A DNA stretch of 64,000 nucleotides from a virus (lineage: Duplodnaviria > Caudoviricetes): IMG/VR virus record IMGVR_UViG_3300021387_000688. One strand, given 5' to 3'. A program made the position numbers and the translations under genes. Position 1 is the stretch's first letter; every line of letters begins with the position of its first letter. This document shows positions 58,192 through 64,000 of this stretch, piece after piece. Under the pieces are notes generated by a model. That model searched no databases and was not told where the DNA came from. It saw nothing but the letters and a program-made list of their open reading frames with translations.

Positions 58192-58275
58192 GTTAGTAAT
58201 ATAGTTTTCAATTTTTTACCTTTTTCGAAATTATAGTTCCGGGTTTAAGCTATAATATTAGCAAGAGGTGCAAAT

Positions 58276-58995
58276 ATGAATATAGTTAAAACCCTTACTG
58301 AAAACAGAATTAAAGACATCCCTGACTTCCACCGTGTACCTGCTCATGATTTTAGGGACGACGGAAGTACCTTCACCTGCTGGGTATATAAAGGAGTACC
58401 TATGACTCAGTGCCGTGGAGGTGGACGAACATATCTTTGTCTCAGAACAGACTACATTCCGACTTTGAAAAAGGATGGACTTTCAGATCTTGAATTTAAT
58501 ATCCCTTACGACTTCTGGCACGATAACAAAGGAAAAGACGTTGAAGATGTATTTAACGGGGTGCCAGAATTTGATTTTGATCAGCTTCTTAAGAATGTAG
58601 ATACTCTTATCGAACAAATCAAAACTGTAACTGCAAAATTCAACAAAATTGAAATTGAAGAATTCCCAATTGAAGAGCAGTGCTGGAAAGAAGCAAAATT
58701 CCTCAACGATTTCACAGAAGATATTAAAACAAAATTCAACTGGATGGAAGCATCTAACTACGATACAGATCGCTTTAAGGATTATTGGAAATCTCTTAAG
58801 AGATATGCAGAGCAGGCTAACAAACATGCATTTGCATACCGCATGGGTGAAGTTTCAAAGCGCGTGGCTTTTGAAGACAGTAACAGACTTGCAAAGTATG
58901 GTTATGTTACTACTCAGATTACTGATGATGAATTTTACATCAAATCACTTAAAGAAATGGTAGAAAAATATAAATATAAAGGAGTAGCCGCATGA
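58276..58995 (+). CDS. hypothetical protein
   Basis: CTATAAT box, SD GAGGTG. Confidence 0.8.
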   Translation: MNIVKTLTENRIKDIPDFHRVPAHDFRDDGSTFTCWVYKGVPMTQCRGGGRTYLCLRTDYIPTLKKDGLSDLEFNIPYDFWHDNKGKDVEDVFNGVPEFDFDQLLKNVDTLIEQIKTVTAKFNKIEIEEFPIEEQCWKEAKFLNDFTEDIKTKFNWMEASNYDTDRFKDYWKSLKRYAEQANKHAFAYRMGEVSKRVAFEDSNRLAKYGYVTTQITDDEFYIKSLKEMVEKYKYKGVAA

Positions 58996-59243
58996 ATTTT
59001 GTAACCAATAAAGTCAAGAAATCTTTGGGAAATTATATTATTTCTCATTATTCAGATCTTAACAAGTGCCGTACTAAGGAAGATGTTAAAAACTTTGTAT
59101 TGGCGGGAAAAACAGAAGTCAATGAAGAATACATTGATTCCTTTGTAATTCCTACAATTGATAAACAGCCTAGCGTAGCTAGAGCTATTGATTTTGTTGG
59201 ACGCAACCTTGTGTTGGCTGGTGAAAATATGAGGGCCTATTAA
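58992..59243 (+). CDS. hypothetical protein
   Basis: SD AAGGAG, ATGA overlap. Confidence 0.75.
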   Translation: MNFVTNKVKKSLGNYIISHYSDLNKCRTKEDVKNFVLAGKTEVNEEYIDSFVIPTIDKQPSVARAIDFVGRNLVLAGENMRAY

Positions 59244-59244
59244 T

Positions 59245-59610
59245 ATGAAACTTGAATTTGGAAAATACACAGAAGTTACAAAACTTGCTAAGAAATTAAA
59301 TTCTCCACTCTTCGGATGTTATGAAAAAGTTTACATTTGTCCAGATACACTGAATTGGTGGCTGTCATGTATTCAGAAAGACATCAATGAAGATTATGAA
59401 GAATGCCCAGGTACCTATCTTGTAGAAAGAGATAAAATCGATTATCCAAATTATGACAGAATTCAGGATGCTTATCTTAATGAAGAAACGGTTTCTGAAG
59501 TACTTGAGGAATGGGCTTGCGAAACTTGGGATTCTGAAGAAACATCTTCTCTTGAAGAAGCTGTCGAAATAGTAGATGGTGGTTATGGAATCATTCCGGA
59601 GGAAGACTAA
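59245..59610 (+). CDS. hypothetical protein
   Basis: ORF in operon. Confidence 0.75.
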   Translation: MKLEFGKYTEVTKLAKKLNSPLFGCYEKVYICPDTLNWWLSCIQKDINEDYEECPGTYLVERDKIDYPNYDRIQDAYLNEETVSEVLEEWACETWDSEETSSLEEAVEIVDGGYGIIPEED

Positions 59611-59942
59611 TGGATTTTACTTTGATGGGAGAAGAATTCCACGTTCGTACAGATAATCTTAAATCTGTTGAACGCTATGGAAATGCAGTAAAGGTTGAAT
59701 ATAAAGACGGTTCCTACAATATTTGGGAAGCTAAGAATATCTATCAGGTAAATAAAATCAATCTTTTAGAGATTGTTTTGAAAGCTTTGATGATTGGTTA
59801 TACCCAAGGCCGCAACGATCTTTATGACGAAGGTAAAGTTATTACAAAAACAATTCAGCAGAAGATTGATGCTTATGACGAATTGGTAGAAGAACTTGAA
59901 CCAAATCCTTATAAAGAATACCACGAAATTAAAATATCATAA
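59610..59942 (+). CDS. hypothetical protein
   Basis: SD GGAGG, TAATG overlap. Confidence 0.75.
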   Translation: MDFTLMGEEFHVRTDNLKSVERYGNAVKVEYKDGSYNIWEAKNIYQVNKINLLEIVLKALMIGYTQGRNDLYDEGKVITKTIQQKIDAYDELVEELEPNPYKEYHEIKIS

Positions 59943-60023
59943 AACATTCGTTGAATGTGAAAATAAGATTATTGGAATGTGAGTCAGCACGAAAGGACGT
60001 TAAACTGTTGTTGGAGTTTGCAT

Positions 60024-60968
60024 ATGGCAAAGATTGAATTTGGTTTTTCACAGAAGGATGCTTACGATTTCGTTATTAAAACTGAAACTCGGAAGACTAC
60101 AAAAGAAAATGGAATGACTGTAACTGAAAAGTTACGTAAGCCAATTTATAAAAACCCCGAGATTGATATGTGGGGTTATACAGATCGAATAACTGCAGAA
60201 AATGCACCTTCAGTTCTTAAAAATGTAGAGTACTTTACTGCCCCAAATCCTTTTGGAAAGTACGGACTCGGCCACAAATATGAACCTTATGGATGGACAT
60301 TGCCAATGGCTATATTGGCTTTCAAGAAAGGTTATATTGATGGATTCCTTTCTCATAAGGGCGGACTTTTTGGATCATTTGGCCAATTATCTACTGAAGG
60401 TATTATCATTGTTGACCCAATCCAGCGCATCAAAGTTCGTGAATGGATTGAAGAAGAATATAAAGGTTTCTTCGAAAACTGTAAAGAAGAAGACTTTGCA
60501 TATTCTTTAACAAAGTCTTCAGGGATGAGTTCAAGAATTGGAATGAGCCTTAAAGAAAAGTCTGTAGATGAATTAAAAGAAAACCTTATGAAAGATAAGG
60601 ACTATTCTGCAGAAAACTTCTTCCAAACAGATCGTGAAAAAGAGGCAGTTGAAACTTATGGTTTCTATAAAGTATTTGATGCTCTTGCAAACCTTCTTTA
60701 CTATGATACAGATTTGGTAAGCATTTGGGGTGTACGTACAGCAAGGCCCCTTTTGTTTAATTCTCTTAAAGAAGCAGAGGATTTCAAAGTTCAGTACAAA
60801 GAATGGGAAACAATCTACCGCGATGAATCTAAGGCAGAATGTAATATCATTCCTGTAAATGAAAAGTTTGATGAATATCTTGAGGAACTTCGTAAACCTG
60901 CAAGAGACAAGCTTGAAGAGGAAGTTCAGAAAAGAATTGAAGAAGAAAGAGCCGCTCGTTTAGCCTAA
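60024..60968 (+). CDS. hypothetical protein
   Basis: Start placed at ATG 60024 (SD GGAG). Confidence 0.8.
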   Translation: MAKIEFGFSQKDAYDFVIKTETRKTTKENGMTVTEKLRKPIYKNPEIDMWGYTDRITAENAPSVLKNVEYFTAPNPFGKYGLGHKYEPYGWTLPMAILAFKKGYIDGFLSHKGGLFGSFGQLSTEGIIIVDPIQRIKVREWIEEEYKGFFENCKEEDFAYSLTKSSGMSSRIGMSLKEKSVDELKENLMKDKDYSAENFFQTDREKEAVETYGFYKVFDALANLLYYDTDLVSIWGVRTARPLLFNSLKEAEDFKVQYKEWETIYRDESKAECNIIPVNEKFDEYLEELRKPARDKLEEEVQKRIEEERAARLA

Positions 60969-60990
60969 TTATCATAAAGGAGAATTGCAA

Positions 60991-61401
60991 ATGTATACTT
61001 TTGTAAACTTTGATGATCTTGTTAATGAAGATAATGAAATTGAAGCCCCAGAGGGATTGAAAGATTTATTAGATGAACTAGTAAATAACAATTATGCAGA
61101 AGACTTGTTCGGTACCTGGTGGGAAACAGGAGATGGCGACGAAGAAGATTGGCTTATAGAGAAAGGTATCGAAGTCAAAACCATGAAAGAAATTCTTGAT
61201 GAAGACCCAGATGCTCGATTCGGCTTCTCTTATGGATCTCCTGATCAACGTCTTGATGTAACTAATGCATCTGGATATATTGAAGATATGGGTGCAGATC
61301 GTGAAGAGTATGGAGTAACGGCAGAAGATCTTGGCATCGAAGATGATGACTGGGATGAAGATTATGACGATGAAGAGTATGATGAGGATGAAGACGAGTA
61401 A
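60991..61401 (+). CDS. highly acidic hypothetical protein
   Basis: SD AAGGAG; CTAATTA box at 60965. Confidence 0.75.
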   Translation: MYTFVNFDDLVNEDNEIEAPEGLKDLLDELVNNNYAEDLFGTWWETGDGDEEDWLIEKGIEVKTMKEILDEDPDARFGFSYGSPDQRLDVTNASGYIEDMGADREEYGVTAEDLGIEDDDWDEDYDDEEYDEDEDE

Positions 61402-61618
61402 TTGTAAACTATTACCGGATAATAGATCCTGCTTCGAAAAAGCTTTGGAAGGAATGGAAAAATTGGTAAAACAATATAATGTAACTTTCCTTCCCGTTGG
61501 TGGGTATGATCAAGATTTAGAGGAATTGAAAAGAAAAGCCCTTAAGGAAGATCGTTCCTCAAATCCTTATGAACGTATACCTAAAGAAGCTTTAGATATA
61601 ATTTCTAGACCTTGGTAA
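61388..61618 (+). CDS. hypothetical protein (start uncertain)
   Basis: Fills the gap before the terminator. Confidence 0.5.
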   Translation: MKTSNCKLLPDNRSCFEKALEGMEKLVKQYNVTFLPVGGYDQDLEELKRKALKEDRSSNPYERIPKEALDIISRPW

Positions 61619-61622
61619 AATA

Positions 61623-61647
61623 AAAGCCTCTCACTAAGAGAGGCTTT
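61623..61647. terminator. bidirectional intrinsic terminator
   Basis: AAAGCCTCTC-actaa-GAGAGGCTTT. Confidence 0.88.
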
Positions 61648-61651
61648 CTTT

Positions 61652-63040
61652 TTACTTAAGTTCGTAACTTACATCTTTTTGAATGATTTCTACATTCTTA
61701 AATCCATTTGTATTTAGATATTTTTGCAAGAAGTCTTGAGCCTCTTTATCACCATGTACTAAGAAAATCTTTTTAAGTTTAGAAGTATCAATTTTCTTTA
61801 ACCATTCTACTTGCTCTTCAAAATCTGCATGAGAAGAAAATGCACTTAAGCTTTGAACCTCTGCATTTAATTTATGCTCATCTCCTTCAATATTTACAAT
61901 AGGATTCTTTTCAAGAATATCTCTACCTAAAGTACCTTCTCCTTGATAACCAACTAACAATATAGTATTACGAGGATTAGAAACTCCAAACTGTAAATGA
62001 TTGATGATACGGCCACCTTCACACATACCTGAACTTGCCAATACAATACAAGGCTTTCTACTTCTGGCAACTTCAACACTTTCTTTGAAATCATTTACGC
62101 AATGTAAACTACCTACAGAGAATGGGTTCTTACCTTTACTTACAAAGTTGTTTTGAATATTTTCATTGAAACATTCTGGGTGAATATTAAATACACCTGT
62201 AGCATTAACAGCCATTGGAGAATCAATATATACAGGTATTCTAGGTATCTTCTCTTCTCTCATTAAGTTCTTCAAATAATAAACTAACTCTTGTGCACGT
62301 TCAATTGCAAAGGTAGGTATAATAACTTTACCACCTCTTTCAATAGTTCTGTTTATAATATTTGCAAACTCTTTTAATGCCAATCCCGCATCTTGGTGTT
62401 TGCGATTTCCATAAGTACTTTCCATTACGATGTAATCTGGTGCAGGGAAAGAAGTCTCCGGAGGATTAGTAATAGGGTTGTTAGCTCTACCCAAATCTCC
62501 TGTAAACAAAATATGCATTGGCGTTTTTAACAAACCGAAAAACTTTTTTCTTTTGATTTCTAAATCTACTAAAGCAGATCCTAAGATATGACCCGCATCG
62601 TAAAAAGTAATTTTTACATTATCATTAAGATGTTTCTCTTTATGATAGAAGTGACATCTAAATTGATTAATAGTTTTTACAACATCACTTTCTTCATAGT
62701 AAGATCCGAGCTTTTCATGTTTTTGAATTTTAGCAGAGTCTAGCATTATGATAGAAGATAAATCTCTCGTGGCTGGAGTAGATCTAATCTTTCCTTCATA
62801 ACCTTCTTTTACAAGTTTAGGTAATAGACCACAATGGTCAAAATGTGCATGGGTTAGAATGATTGTTTCTATATCTTTTATATCTATAGGACAAACAAAA
62901 TCTTTATTCTTTTGCTGATCTTCTTGATTGCCTTGCCATGCACCGTAGTCAATCAAGATATATTTATCATCTAATTTCAAAAAATGCTTAGACCCTGTAA
63001 CTTCGCCTACCGCACCAAAACTTTTTAATTCTACCTTCAA
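61652..63040 (-). CDS. MBL-fold beta-CASP ribonuclease
   Basis: EVTGS, LTHAHFDHCG, AGHILGS, FTGDLG, MESTYG, SGMCEGGRI, FSSHAD, LVHG. Confidence 0.95.
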   Translation of the reverse strand: MKVELKSFGAVGEVTGSKHFLKLDDKYILIDYGAWQGNQEDQQKNKDFVCPIDIKDIETIILTHAHFDHCGLLPKLVKEGYEGKIRSTPATRDLSSIIMLDSAKIQKHEKLGSYYEESDVVKTINQFRCHFYHKEKHLNDNVKITFYDAGHILGSALVDLEIKRKKFFGLLKTPMHILFTGDLGRANNPITNPPETSFPAPDYIVMESTYGNRKHQDAGLALKEFANIINRTIERGGKVIIPTFAIERAQELVYYLKNLMREEKIPRIPVYIDSPMAVNATGVFNIHPECFNENIQNNFVSKGKNPFSVGSLHCVNDFKESVEVARSRKPCIVLASSGMCEGGRIINHLQFGVSNPRNTILLVGYQGEGTLGRDILEKNPIVNIEGDEHKLNAEVQSLSAFSSHADFEEQVEWLKKIDTSKLKKIFLVHGDKEAQDFLQKYLNTNGFKNVEIIQKDVSYELK

Positions 63041-63075
63041 GTTGAACTCCTGTAGTAAATTAAGTTTTAATGTAT

Positions 63076-63336
63076 TTAGTCTACTTCCTCTAATAGGTTC
63101 AATTGTTTCTTACATAAACAATCTTTTACAAAATTATAGTAAGCTCTACATTCTTTAAGTACTTCTTTTTTACAGCTTTCTGTGAATGCGAAATTACGAG
63201 AACTTATGACCCAACCGGTTGGGTCTAAAGCTATAACGACATGCATAGTTTCTGTCATTTCCGCTATCAGAGCAGTCCCGGCAGAATACTTATGAGATGT
63301 GATTAATTTCTTACCGAAGTTTAATATGTTCTGCAT
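63076..63336 (-). CDS. hypothetical protein
   Basis: 86 aa ORF co-oriented with neighbours. Confidence 0.65.
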   Translation of the reverse strand: MQNILNFGKKLITSHKYSAGTALIAEMTETMHVVIALDPTGWVISSRNFAFTESCKKEVLKECRAYYNFVKDCLCKKQLNLLEEVD

Positions 63337-63350
63337 TCTTAAAAAATTAG

Positions 63351-64000
63351 CTAAGCCTCCAATCCTACAAAGTCATCATCCATTCCTATTAAACCATTCA
63401 ACGGAACTGATTGAGGCTCTGGAAGATCTTCTGATTCATTGATTTGACGATTATTCAAATCTTCAGCATTACCTGTTTCTGTGGCTAATGGTAAAGTTTC
63501 ATTTTCCCAGATAGGTGTCGTAAACTTAAGAGGTATAGTATTGAAACCTCCATTAATGTCCCTTGCAACAAACATTACTTCATATTCACTGTTAGGGAAC
63601 ATGTCAGGAAGTATAACATGGTTAACGTGACAATCTGTAACATAAATTGCTTGATGACCAGGAATTATAATATCGGTTCTATACCAATATTGATTAGTAG
63701 CCGGCTTAGTTATGAAATCTATATAAACATCTACCTTGCCAGTCTTTGGATCAACTACAGTTTTATCTGCATTATATTTTAACCTATTAAATTGAATTTG
63801 TACAGGTTGATTAAATAAACCTTCCAACATTTCTACCGCCATTGTAGAAGGGATTACAGATGCAATTTGCTTAAATGTTTTCTCATCGCAATCCTTATAT
63901 TGTAACCCACTTAACAATTCTGCTTGTCTTATAGCTACTTCATTTAAAGTAGCTTCTGGGGTATAGCAGTTTTTGAATCCTAATAGTTTTTCTGTAAAAG
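63351..64000 (-). CDS. 5'-truncated protein with possible fibronectin-III-like domain
   Basis: Frame open to the window edge; LPDMFPNSEYEVMFVAR. Confidence 0.6.
   Translation of the reverse strand, partial: FTEKLLGFKNCYTPEATLNEVAIRQAELLSGLQYKDCDEKTFKQIASVIPSTMAVEMLEGLFNQPVQIQFNRLKYNADKTVVDPKTGKVDVYIDFITKPATNQYWYRTDIIIPGHQAIYVTDCHVNHVILPDMFPNSEYEVMFVARDINGGFNTIPLKFTTPIWENETLPLATETGNAEDLNNRQINESEDLPEPQSVPLNGLIGMDDDFVGLEA

Overview
AT-rich segment of a large, T4-like-headed lytic phage genome (standard genetic code; anaerobic host, possibly a gut or rumen spirochaete). It contains many short hypothetical genes, candidate capsid-internal proteins with repeated (L/I/M)-x-E protease sites, a gp21-like prohead protease/scaffold, nucleotide metabolism genes (nrdD, tdk, dcd/dut, pnuC, two NDT-like), a partial 7-deazaguanine DNA-modification set (DpdA-like, queD, queE), RecA/UvsX, ClpP, an SF3 helicase next to an iteron array, and a beta-CASP RNase. 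The most striking part is the non-coding region at 51.2-55.0 kb. A 33-codon leader peptide, built mostly from the codons read by the downstream phage tRNAs, overlaps an antiterminator/terminator pair and looks like a ribosome-stalling attenuator that senses tRNA depletion. The downstream array holds nine canonical tRNAs plus one degenerate tRNA-Lys, two circularly permuted tRNAs inside a shared covarying RNA module, a D-armless tRNA-Ile(UAU), a GOLLD-like large RNA with an embedded tRNA, and further unidentified structured RNAs. All protein calls come from motifs read by eye and all RNA structures from manual pairing; no database search was run.
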